From assembly GCF_964204865.1 (NCBI RefSeq), contig NC_135261.1, positions 7,502,001 through 7,566,000 of the forward strand: a stretch of DNA of 64,000 nucleotides, given 5' to 3'. Source of the stretch: Styela clava. Its lineage: Eukaryota. Position numbers and translations under genes: made by a program. Below, piece by piece: positions 27,749 to 40,052 of the stretch; the stretch's first letter is position 1, and every line of letters starts with the position of its first letter. Below the pieces are notes generated by a model. The model did not search any database, was not told the origin of the DNA, and saw only the letters and a program-made list of their open reading frames with translations.

Positions 27749-27941
27749 ATAGGTATGGATAAGAGTATTGATTTTCAACTGCAAAAACGCAATTCTTTAT
27801 TTAATAATATCAACTAGAATACCTTTATTGAATAATATTGGCGTCTGTACGTAGCGGGAACATATTTTAAGCTATGAGTAGGGTTACCATATTTTTGTGA
27901 CTTCAAAGCGGGACGCCTCCAAAGATCAAGACCCTCAGCTG

Positions 27942-29045
27942 CAGTGGTGTATCTAGGTAAAATGGCGCCCATGGCAAAGGTTTAGAAATGCGCCCCCTAC
28001 TTCGCTTGTTTCCTCTTTCGTTTACATGAAATTGATTGCTCTCAACTACGCAACATAACAAGCAATTTAATAACTACACAATAAACAATAAGCAGTAGAC
28101 GGTCGGGCAATAACAAGATCTTAGAATAGTATATTTCGTGACGCAAATTTGCCAATGATTTCATCAAAATTTTTTGTTTTTGTTTTTACCCTCTTTATAC
28201 TTAATATAGCCAGATCGCAAAGCTTTCCTGGCTAATTGAAGATCGAAGGTATGATGTTTTAGTTCACTAAACGACCGATCGCAATTTTCTATGGATACTG
28301 CCAATGTCAGCAAAATTTGCAAAGCTATCCGGAGATTGAGGAAATTCAAAAATTACTCTTTGACACACACTGTTTTCTCGTCATAGTCTATATCTTACAT
28401 GGGCAATCTACGGCCTGCTGGCCAAATCCGGCCCGTTGGCTATTTCAAACTAGCCCGCCTGATGCTTCCACAACCAAACTAAAGCCAAATTTTGATGTTT
28501 TAGCTGAAAAATAGCTCGAGCAGTTTGTTTAGATTGCGATTAAATTTAGTTTTGGTACGATGCTTGTTGTTTTCCACTTTTGCTTTTGTAATACTGTAAA
28601 TATTGTCCATAATATGTAACTATTTACGTCACAATTACATGGCCCGTCACTATAGGCGGGCAAAATATGGGCCCGTGAACCAAAGACCATTTTATTCCAT
28701 GCGATATTCATTTAAGAATCCCACTACATTTTTGCCTTTCCTTTTTAATTTGTACATGGAAATCGGCGTCAATAATTCCTGTTTATTGCTCAGATTTCTA
28801 TCCACGCTCCACAAGCATGAGGTTTCTCTCCGGTATGGATTTATAAGTGACTGAACAAACTGCATTGATCGTTGGAAACTGCAAACTGCATTGACTTTTG
28901 TTAAATTTGTTCTGATTTAATTAGAAATACGAGTTTCATTCATTTTCAAGTTTTATTGAAAATTAAACAATTAGAACTTTTTGCGTTTTTGCGCCCCCGT
29001 CCAAACGGCACGAGCCATGGCTGCCATACCCTAGATACGCCAATG
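27942..29045 (-). mobile_element. Internally deleted hAT element with a dimerisation-domain remnant
   Basis: TIRs cagtggtgtatctagg ... cctagatacgccaatg; TSD ctcagctg/cttagctg; ORF 28164-28349 contains NLRIALQILLTLAVSIENCDRSFSELK, resembling the hAT C-terminal dimerisation motif. Confidence 0.8.
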
Positions 29046-30628
29046 CTTAGCTGTGATTTTTTGACTTTACATTTTCCGATTTTGCCAAATAGGCCTACAT
29101 TTAAAGCCATCCCGACTGTCTTCATTGACCATATCGAGAGTTTATGAGCTGTCTGTCTAAATATCGGTTTCAGTTCGAAAAATAGAAGGAATTGACGGTA
29201 TCGATACAAAATAATTTAAATTTAACCACACAACGATTGCAGTGCACTTTATCTGTATCATTAACGTTTTTTTTAAATATGGGTATTCTCGTTTTAAGTC
29301 CTTTGTAAATGTACATTTACAGGTACAGACAGAGACAGGGCTTACACGTCACAAATTGTTATTGCTGGCGGAAATCAACGAAACAAACAAAATCTCGCAT
29401 TCACCAGTAGCCTAGCACAATGGTTCCCAACCTCTCTACTCTGGTGAACCCGTAAAATTAAATGTACTCGCGGTCCGGCAAAAACTTGAAATGACCGAAA
29501 CAGAAAAGAATAACATACAGTTGCGTAATATAATGCAACGTCGGGCATTCAGTATATGCTTCTAGACAAAAAAGGCACACTTCAAAACACTTAACACGAA
29601 GAAAAACTATCAAATAATGTGCCAGCCTCAAATTGAAATGGGTGAAACATAGAACAATACCATATATTTGCGTAATGAAATGCAGTGCTGGGCACCCGTT
29701 ATGCGTGAGGACGGTACACATAAAACTTCTCACATGTAGCCTCACATGTACGTTCTCAAAATGTAGCATACAGGCCAAATCATGTATAAACACAATCTAG
29801 TGAGAATTTTTCAGCTATTTCGTTTCCAATATATATTTCAAACGAGGACTCGTCGAAAATACGGACTACAGCTTGATTGCTCGATTACATAGCGATGGGT
29901 ATTCGTTATCAAGAGATATCCAAAACAGTGACAGTGATTCTTTTTTAAATCTGGACTGTAAAGTAGAATTACAATTTTATTCAATCTTTTTTCTTTTTCA
30001 TCGGATTTATAATATTAATTCCTCTGCAGCTGATCGACGCCTCAAGCGAAGTGAATTTACATTACAATGACAAAGTCATCCGCAACTTGGCACCAGGCTC
30101 AAAATACTGGGAAAGATCCCTGCAGCCCATGCTTTTTTGCGCGTCTCGTGACCACATGCAGGTTTGCATTAAGTTCATATCTTACTGTAATATTGTACAG
30201 TTCTTGACTGTTTTTGGTTTAAACAAAGAAATAGTCATAAAGTTATATATGTATGGTCATATTAAGCACGCAGTAAAGAAAAAGCACGCGTGTCGATATG
30301 ACGCAATATGACGGCGGAAGAGAAATTGCGTGATGAACCAACGCTGCGATGTTATTGCACCGTAATCGTAAGTTGGAAGCCGATAAATAAAGACATTGTC
30401 TCGTTAAAGTGTCTGACATAGACGTGACGTATTTTGTAGTCGAGGCGTTGCTGTTGCTAATCGATTAGCGACAGACGATTAGCTGTCGTCCACAAACCAA
30501 CAAACAACAAGTCAATATATACTATCTCACCCCCAAACTGGTACCAAAATAGCACTAGCTTTACTGCGTTCTATGACGCAGTAAATAAGTCTGTTAATAA
30601 ATTTATCGACGAGGAGGTCCGTGTAACC

Positions 30629-31087
30629 CAGGGCTCGGCAACCTTTTTTCGCTCGCGGGCCAAAATAAAGGTTGCAAGTCATTTGCGGACCGCACATATT
30701 TTTAGAAAGTTGAAAACCGAACGGATGATACTTTTTATGATAAAAATCAAGCAGCGATACACCTATTGAATAGAATATAGATTTATTTCCTCATTGCATT
30801 TCATAAAATTCCATTTAAATATTTTCAGCGCTATTGAACCCTTTGCACTTAGCATCAAATTTTCTGCGTTTTGTTGCCATTTGTCTAATTATATTTAAAC
30901 CATATGCTCATTAATTAAACGAGTAATTGTGAATTATATACCTGTTAGGTTATAATACAATTCAATCTAAAGAATATAATCGTTAAAACGGCTGTTTTGT
31001 TATGATAATTCAGTGAAGTATCACGGGCCGGATTATATTACTCTGCGGGCCGGATCCGACCCGCAGGCCGCAGGTTGCCGACCCCTG
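30629..31087 (-). mobile_element. hAT MITE, inverted copy of the 10094-10552 family
   Basis: TIRs cagggctcggcaacc ... ggttgccgacccctg; absent from the paralogous sites near 33240 and 38530 (empty sites). Confidence 0.8.
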
Positions 31088-31129
31088 GACTGTAGCCGAT
31101 ATACGTCTGCGTAAACGTTAACTGCTCAA

Positions 31130-34100
31130 TATTCGATTTTATGTCAGTCTCTTAACAAGATAAATATGCGCTGCTTTCGTTGGCGAGCGATATCAGCAAT
31201 CATATCCATCTTAACCAGTGGCATACCACTAACACTCATTAACCTCTGAGCACTAGGAAAATTATAAAATTTAGAAAAATTCATTCATAAGACTGTATTT
31301 GATTTTTAACCTTGTAAATAGATAATATTTGCGACAAGAATTATGACCCAATTAGAAAAATAAATGATTGCTGATTTTAAAAATGTTTAGACCGGTTAAA
31401 TTCTTTCAAAATTGAACAGCGAGGTATAAATGAATAACATTTTGAATGTCGGGACCTCTAGGCTTCATCCCACCTTGCCTAATGGGAAATCCGGCACTGC
31501 TGTACGCCCTATGTCAAATCGCAAAACAGTTATATTGTATGGGCGCGTTACCTCGACAATAATTTATCGTTGTCACGGGGCCGTGTTCCCTAGCGGTCGT
31601 TATCTGTGGATTGTCAACTGCACGCCTGTTCACAAAATATAAATCAAGAATATTGTCGACGTGCGCTATATCGAACGATAGTTGACTATTGCCTTGTTCT
31701 GAGCTGGTTGACGAAATAAAATATTCTGTAATTAATTCACCAGATGGCGAATACGTTTTTTTTACTGGAAGGTATGTCGTCAGCGACTTTATCATGAGTT
31801 TGAGAGTTAACTAGCCATTTGAGACATAAATTATTCAAAGTTGAGATGGGACTACAACTAAGTCTATATTTTGTGATGTAATAATACGATTGGCATTTGA
31901 CCATTTGCTAACTTAATTTCGTACGCTTTTCTAGCAAATAATACAAAGTTAACAAAGCAACCTGACCCCAGACCCAACGTTATAGAACGAACAACAGATA
32001 CAGAACATATTATATTGTGAAGCGACAAAGATAACTAGTAGCTGATATAGAATGACAGTCGAGCAAAAATTCATGGAACACAAAAAACATTACTATGGCA
32101 ATCATGTAGAATAGATATATACACGGTCATAAATGAATAAATGACAGAACTATTGTGACGACAATTATCCGCGTTTAAAAGCAGATTTTAAACGTTAAGT
32201 TGATTTATGATTCGTGATTTACTAATTACATAATTTTTGTTCACATAATATGATAAAGCAAAGATCTTCTGAAATATAAAAGGATTTTCACTAGATGGAA
32301 TAAAGTCCTACATAAAGGTCGACTGTTCCATTTGACTAACTATTCTAAGCAATTTAATAGTTTTTATACCAAAGTTTAATTTTATCTTATGAATTTATAC
32401 GTATAGTTCAGTGCGCAAAACAAAAATAAATTTTATGACCATCTGAACAGATGTTTGAAAATCTTCTGAACAATTACCAATCGATCAACATTTACCAAAT
32501 ATATGCCATACAAGCAGAAACTCTCCCTTTTCAACACAATTGCAGACTAGATATTTTGAAGCATTCAAAAACCAAAAACAACACGAATTTACAGAATAAA
32601 AATGTTTCTTTTTTGTTCTGTAGAAAAAAATCCTAAATATCTAATCCAATGACGTACAAGATTGTTAGCGCCATCTGCTGTGTTAAATTCCCAGTAGGGT
32701 TGAAATAATAAAAGATATCAATGGATTAAATTGAAACAAGTATTTCAGTTGAAGTTCGGGGTCATTTTCTCACGACCTTTAATATTTATATGTAAATCCT
32801 CCAGGTGAATTGCGTTTAAAATAAAACTAGTGGAAAAATTCCGTCGATGATAAATACTTTGACGCAAATCAACGAGGCTATAAATAAATCCGTAAACTTT
32901 TGTTACAAATCCATCCATTAAACTGCAAAAGAAATTATATGCATATTAACTAGCATTTGAATCATTTATTTTCTATTGCATTTAATATGGCATCAATTAT
33001 TTTTTCTGATCTGAAAACCCTGTTTTTACATTTGAAAACTTAGATTTCCAGCCAATCGCAGAATTCAAAACGGTTCAAATTAAAGGTGTTTTTCCGACTA
33101 TGACGAGCAATCATTACAAAATTGTTTATTTCACTTAGCACAGCTAGAGGACAATACTTAGCTAGTGTCTGTATTCTGATATGGCCAATTATTCTACTGG
33201 GAGGTCTGTTTTAATAAACACATCATCGAGAAGGTCCGTGTAACCGCACAATATTTAATTTAAACCAATCTCTTTAACAAGATAAAGATGCTCTGCTTTG
33301 GTAAGCAATTTCAGCAATAAAATCCATCTTAACCCGTGGCATCGTTAAAACTCATTAACCTACGAGCACTAGGCTAAATTTTCGAATATAAAAAAATTCA
33401 TTCGTTCGATTGTATTTAATTTTTAACCTTCTAAGTAAAAATCATTTGCGACAATACAGACCTAATATACAGAGCATATTGTAATGTGAAACAACAAAGA
33501 TAACTAGTAGCTGACAGAGAATGACAATCGAGCAAAAATTCATGGAACACAAAAACATAATCATGGCAATAATGTGGAATAGGAATAATATAAGTATATA
33601 CATAGCCAAAAATGAATAAATGGCAGAACTGTTGTGACGACAATTATCCGGGTTTATAGGCAAATTTTTTACCATTAAGTTGATATATGATTCGTGATTT
33701 ACTAATTAGATAAATTGTGTTCACATGATATGATAAAGCAAAGATCTTCTGAAATATTAAAGGATTTTCACACGATGAAATAATGTTTTACATAAAGGTC
33801 GACCGTTTCATTTGACTAACTGTTCTAAGCAAGATCAATTTAATACATTTTATATCAAAGTTTCAATTTAATCTTATGAATTTATTCAAATAGTTCAGTG
33901 AGTAAAAATAGATAAATTTCACGAAACAAAGTGTCCGAATACACTTATCCGAACAGATGTTTGAAAAATTTCTGAACTATTTTTCCTTTTGAAAGAGGAC
34001 GATGCTCAAATATATTAACACGAAAATCAAAGTAAAGCAGAACAGTTGATGAAAATAGATTGTTTTATCTACGCGCCCTATGGATAAGTAGAATTTGAAA

Positions 34101-34319
34101 ACAAAATTAGAAATTTTCCATTGCTTGACATGCCTTCTAGTTAAATTGTGGATAAATTGGAACAAAACAAAAAGCTGAAGAATTGAGATCAACGAACGCC
34201 AGTCGCTATAACACCAACACACAGCAGTCTGTCATTAACTGTTAACCTAACCCGGTGTAAAATTATTAGTATTGTAATTATGGGAATCTCGGGATATTGA
34301 CAAGTTGATTCCATGTCAG
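31130..34319 (+). repeat. Shuffled 3'-flank segmental repeats of the collagen-discoidin array
   Basis: Blocks recur at ~21370-22140, ~38200-40050 and ~62680-63940. Confidence 0.85.
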
Positions 34320-37141
34320 TTACAATAAACCATGACACATTTCATCAATGTATTCCACTCTCATGCTCATGTAATTATGCCATGTTTGAGGATAAACTCG
34401 AATGTATCGACATATTATTACATGCGGAAACATGTTGGTGACCTTGGTGTTTCTGTCATTATTTCCAGTGAATACCTGAAATATATAATAAAGATCAAAA
34501 ATATCACAATAACCTCAGTAGGAACTAACAAAATATAGTAAATAGTGAATATAAGTGATAGTTCGATTACAGTTGAGTATATATTAAACTAACACAGGGG
34601 TTTGCAACATTTTTGTCGTTGGGCCATATAACCAACTTCAGACATCTAGCTGGGCTACACAAAATATAGTTTTTTCATGTAAATAACGAATTAAAAAATT
34701 CTTGTTCAGCCTTACAGTTATAAAGACAACAGGCAAACGGCCGAAGATTCACGCAGCGACAAGGGCCATGTGAGCGCTTTTTTAAACATAAACTGTCGGA
34801 TTAGGATTTTATGCTTGATGAAAAAAATCTTGAGTGTTGACAAGGGCCACACTAAATCGCGTTCCTGGTTGTGGCCCGCAGCCCGCCTGTTGCACATCCC
34901 TGATCTAAATATTAAATAGCCACTATGTAGTGTAGAATTCCCCGCCTGTCAACAAATTTCTCTGATAAGAGTTTTTCATGCATTTTGCTGTCTTCTTGCC
35001 AAGTTAACTGGTATCTAATTTAATTAATGAGTATAATTTTATAATAAGTCACTATTTCTTTTCTATAGATGTTTTTTATTTGAATTTTATATGAAAAACA
35101 GCAATTTCTCTGCTGGAAAGCTCGTTAACAATGACTAGAAAATTCCATATTATGATAAAACTGTTAAAATCATTTTCATTTGCAAATCTAGCTTGATTAC
35201 TAAATACATCCTAAATGCTGTTTTATTAAGGCAAAAACAGTTTCAAGATACTATCTTACCTTGTCTGAACCATTCTCTTGTATTGTTATCATTGCGCTGG
35301 TAGAATTCCCGTACGATATTTTGAAAGACCGAACCCATTGATCGTAGTCTGGTCGTCCCTGTGTCACGATTCCTTCTATTTGTTTTGGCGCCTTGAAATC
35401 TACCTGATGCCATTCTCCTATCGCATCTATGAAAATGAATCATTTATTTTAATATTCTACGAAGAGGTCATCCCCACTCACATTTTCCAATGCACCCAGT
35501 CTAAATTCTATAATTTTGCAACAGGCAGAAGAACTAACTAGAAATCAAAGTTAAATCAAATAGCAACCACATTGCACCACATATAAGTATACGTTTGATT
35601 GCATTCTGTGTTATATGATAGATATTTTTTACCGTGATTATGAACTCTTTCGAGTTCATAATTAGTTGTGAATTAATTTAAAGTTTTTTTTGAAGTTTTA
35701 TTGAGAATTTATGTACTTGTCAAATATGATATAATTTAACAAACATTCAAATAAATTTGTATAAGTTAAGAATTTGGATAAAGACATAGTTTCCACAAAC
35801 GCGAGAAAAAAGTATATTTTGCAGCGCTAATTGTCAGTGATTTTCAATGATCATTTATGATAATTGTAGAAAATCAAAATAACTTACTTCTAACAGAAGC
35901 CCATACAGCCCACTTTCCCCCAGAACGATCCACATTGTCCAATCTCCCATAATAAGCTTGATAACTGGAACTAGAAATTGATGAAGCTGTGATTTGTGAG
36001 TCAGGAATGATATGACGATTCTTTACACCCATGTAGCAAATCTCAGCTGAAATTAGAAGTGACCACGCTGTGTATGGTAGATAATTTCATTTCTTGATTG
36101 TTTTTAGTTGGAAGCATTGTAGGGAGGAAGAACTTATGTGCGGAAACAAATGTGGGAACATGCGATTGAAACCATAATTATTGTAAATGTTTTTGATTAT
36201 ATTTTTTCGGCGAGGTTAGATATAATAACAGACTATCGTATTTATTATGAGCAACCATAATTAATTCAGTGACATAAAGTAAAGTCTCTTAACCTTATAA
36301 TAAAAGTTGCCATTGTCATATATGATTGCCGCTCAAAACGACTCAGTTTGCCTATTTCTCTAAAATGCTTCATTTATGCAATATTTATAAATATTTATTT
36401 ATGCAATATTTATGTCTGATATAAAAACAGTTATTGGCACAGAGTGTGCCGTACACAGATATTACTCTTGTTTAATTTCAATGATTTTGACATTAATCTG
36501 TTTTATTTTCAAGCAAATAATTGAAGTTGGAAAAGTTGGAAATATACAAATGTAATTAAAATTAAGAACTTCGGCATATGTTTGACAGCAGTAAAATGCT
36601 TACGATTTAGCATCTTCTTCATGAACTTTTGACCCTTCAGGAATGAATCTTAAATGAATAAAGTAGATGAATAACAAATTGTTAAAATATTTTGAAATTT
36701 AGAGTTTTAATAACAGTTCTGTCTCGTAAAATTCAAAATTCGAGTTCAGATCGAGTTATAATTCTTCGCACACTAAATTAAAAAATAACATATTGAAAAT
36801 AAATGATTCGTAATAAATTGAAATTAATTGAAAATTATTTATCTGATGGAAAAATCTTTCCGATATGATTCATTCAAACAATCACCTTCCAACTTATTTA
36901 TTCTTTCTTCTAAGTGTTCCGCTGTTCCGGGTTCACCCCGTTCTCCTTTTATTCCCGGTAATCCACGTATTCCTCCATTTCCTCTTTTTCCTGGCCTTCC
37001 TTGGCACTGACTCGAGTCACATCTGGCGAGACTCGCATTGCCGTTTGCCACCACGTGTGAACAAAAGTCATACAATGTTGGCATATGACAAAGAACACAG
37101 GGAATCAGCAATACAAAACAACAAACAACAAGTAATTTCAT
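34320..37141 (-). CDS. Secreted collagen + FA58C/discoidin-domain protein, copy 2 (260 aa)
   Basis: Exons 37141-36886, 36648-36604, 36046-35888, 35426-35260, 34475-34320; same exon sizes as copy 1 (256/45/159/167/156), open frame. Confidence 0.92.
34595..34902. mobile_element. hAT MITE in intron 4 of collagen-discoidin copy 2
   Basis: caggggtttgcaaca ... tgttgcacatccctg followed by atctaaat; partial paralogous copies at ~22428-22680 and ~40290-40550. Confidence 0.75.
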
Positions 37142-37269
37142 GATTGTAATACCGTTAACCTATTAATGCAGGAAGAAGAATATGAAAAGCTTTCCAAAAT
37201 AGGTACAAATTTCAATAACATAAATTGTCTCAAAAAGGGTAATTAATTTTTTGTACACTCCAACAGCAA

Positions 37270-38180
37270 TATAGCTTATCTATCATTTTGGTATCTGCAT
37301 CATGGGCATGATATTTGCTGAAAAATTCTTCAAAAACGTAGGGAATTCATAATTTAATCACACACCCTTAATATGTTCAAACACCAATCCCGTAATATCG
37401 TATTGTACTCTAATAATTTTACCTTCTTCCTCGATTTACTAAGAATATTGTTGACTTTCTACTCTGAGTGATGTCTTGTCTTAAACCCCGTCAAAATCAA
37501 TATTTCTTTCGATCAACATTTATCAATATATTATGCTATACAAGCAGAAACTCGAACTTTCCACCACAATCGCAGTCTAGATTTTGAAACATTCAAAAAC
37601 AACATACACGTATTTAAAGACTGGAACTGTTTCTGCATTGTTCTATGAAAAATCTCAAATCTAATTTTCTGAGTGGAAAGAGTCAGTGACGTACAAGCGT
37701 ATAACTTAAGTTTGCTTTTACCAAATAGGCAGATTGAAGGCGCCTTGATTTGTTTAAACTTTTCAGCAGGGTTGAAGGATCAAAAGATATCAATGAAGTC
37801 ACTTGAGACAAGTGCTTCAGTTGAAGTTCGAATCATCTTCTCACGACCCTTAATATTTACATGTGAGTCCTTCAAGTCAATTGCGTGCTAAGGAAAAATT
37901 CCGTCGATTATAAATATTGTGACGTGAATTAATGAGGCATTTATTAAATCCGTAAACTCCTGTTAGGAATTCATCCATTCAAATTAAATATATTCATTAT
38001 TTAACTGCATTTGAATCACTAATTTTCTAATATATTTAAAATGTTAGCAATTATCTCTTATTATCTGAAAACCCTGTTTTTACATTTGAAAATCTAGATT
38101 TCCATCCAATCCAAATATACTTACAATGCAAAAACCAAAACGGTTCCAGAAAAAAGGAATTTTTTTGACTATGACATGCA
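37270..38180 (-). pseudogene. Decayed multi-exon companion gene (possibly a mitochondrial MAM33/C1QBP-like protein), co-duplicated with the collagen-discoidin genes
   Basis: Homologous blocks at ~25060-25810, ~32470-33110 and ~21120-21330. Conserved splice signals (ttttcatag| near 37645, |gtaaaa near 37720); stop-interrupted frames with RRNFSTS (32.8 kb copy) and a composite GDLFEYI...GLNYEFATFLEKF. The family assignment is by eye only. Confidence 0.4.
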
Positions 38181-40052
38181 TCAATTACAAAATAATTTTT
38201 TTCACTTAGCCCTACTAGAGGCTAACACTCAGCCAGTGTCTGTATTCTGGTATGGCTAATAATTCTACTGGAAAGTCGATACTCCTGTAGTGTGTGTACG
38301 AGGTTAGAGTTAAGCCATAATATTATTCCGATTTTCCTTGTTAGAGTTCTATTACGAGTTTGAAAACTGTCTCTGTTAGCTAAGTGAATATACCCCCTAC
38401 CCATAAATTTTAGTCCATTTATACAACTTGATTTAAAATAGGCGAACAAAATTATATACCTCTATATTGGTACACAGACTTCTGGAGCGCTGGAAAGTCT
38501 GATTATACACACATCAACGAGGAGGTACATGTAACCGATATACCGCACGATATTTGATTTTAAATCAATCTTCTGAACAAGATAAGGATGCGCTGCTTTG
38601 GTAAGCAATATCAGCAATAATATCTATCTTAACCCGTGGTATGTCATTGACACTCATTAGCCTACGAGTACTATAATAAATTTTCAAATTTAGAAAGATT
38701 CATTTTATAACAATATTTAATTTTTAACCTTGTAAATAGAAAATTTTGCGACAAGAAATATTAACCCAATTGAAAAAATAAATAAATGCTGGTTTTAAAA
38801 ATGTTTGAACCGGTTAAATTCTTAACAAGCCTTGAAAATTTAACAGCGAGTTATAAATGAATAATATTTTGAATGTCGAGACCCCTACGCTACCTTGCCG
38901 AATAGTAAATTCCGCACTGTGGTACCGTTGCCACAGTGCCATGTTCCCCTAGCGGTCGTTATCTAGTGAATTGCCGCTTCTCCTGCAGTGTGTGTACCAA
39001 CTTAGAGCCAGGCCATAATTTTATTCCGATTTTCCTTATTTTAGTTTATTACGAGTTCGGGGAATGTCTGTGGTGGCCCAGTGAATATACCCCTTCCCAT
39101 AGGCTTCCGTCTCTTTACACAACTTGATTTAAAATTGGTGAAAAAATTAGTTACCTTTATATTGGTACACACACTTCTGGAGCGCCGGATTGTCAACTGC
39201 ACGCGTGATAACAAAACATAAAACAGGTATATTGTCGATGTGCGCTACTCCAAACAACAGTTGACTACTGACTTGTTCTGACCTGGTCGACGAAATAAAA
39301 CATTCTGTAATTTGTTCACCAGATGGCGAATTTATATACACGGTAAAAAATGTATAAATGACAGAACTGTTGTGACGATAATTAACCGTGTTTAAAAGCC
39401 GATTTTTATCATTAAGTTGATTTATGATTCGTGATTTACTAATTCCATAATTTTTGTTCACATAATATGATAAAGCAAAGATCTTCTGAAATATTAAAGG
39501 TTTTGCACAAGATGAAATAATGTTCTACATAAAAGTCGACAGTTTCATTTGACTAACTGTTCTAAGCAAGATCAATTCAATACATTTTATACCAAAGTTT
39601 TAATTTTATCTTATGCATTCATACGTATAGGTCAGTAAGTAAAAATTAATATAAAATTGCATAAAACAAACTGTCCAAATATACCAACTATACTAAGAAT
39701 TTTCGAACAATTATTCCTTTTGAAAGAGGGCGATGCTCAAATATATTTACACGAAGATCAAAGAGAAGCAGAGCAGTCGACAATTGATAAAAATGAACTC
39801 TCTTATCTACGCGCACTGTGTATAAGTAGACTTTGAAAACAAAATTCCAAATTTAACGTTGGTTGGCGTGCATACTAGCTAAATCATGGTCAATTGGAAC
39901 AAAGCAAAAAGCTGAAGAACTGAGATCAAAGAACGGCGGTCGCTATAACATCACCGCACTGCAGACTGTCATTTACTGTTCCTGGTGTAGAATCATTAGT
40001 ATTGTACATATTACAATCTTATTGATAGATTGCCAAGTTGATTCCATGTCAG

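Noticed and set aside
29460-29770. ORF 29458-29793 with an internal repeat
   Set aside because: It reflects a degenerate ~148-bp tandem duplication next to a MITE end rather than a protein repeat.
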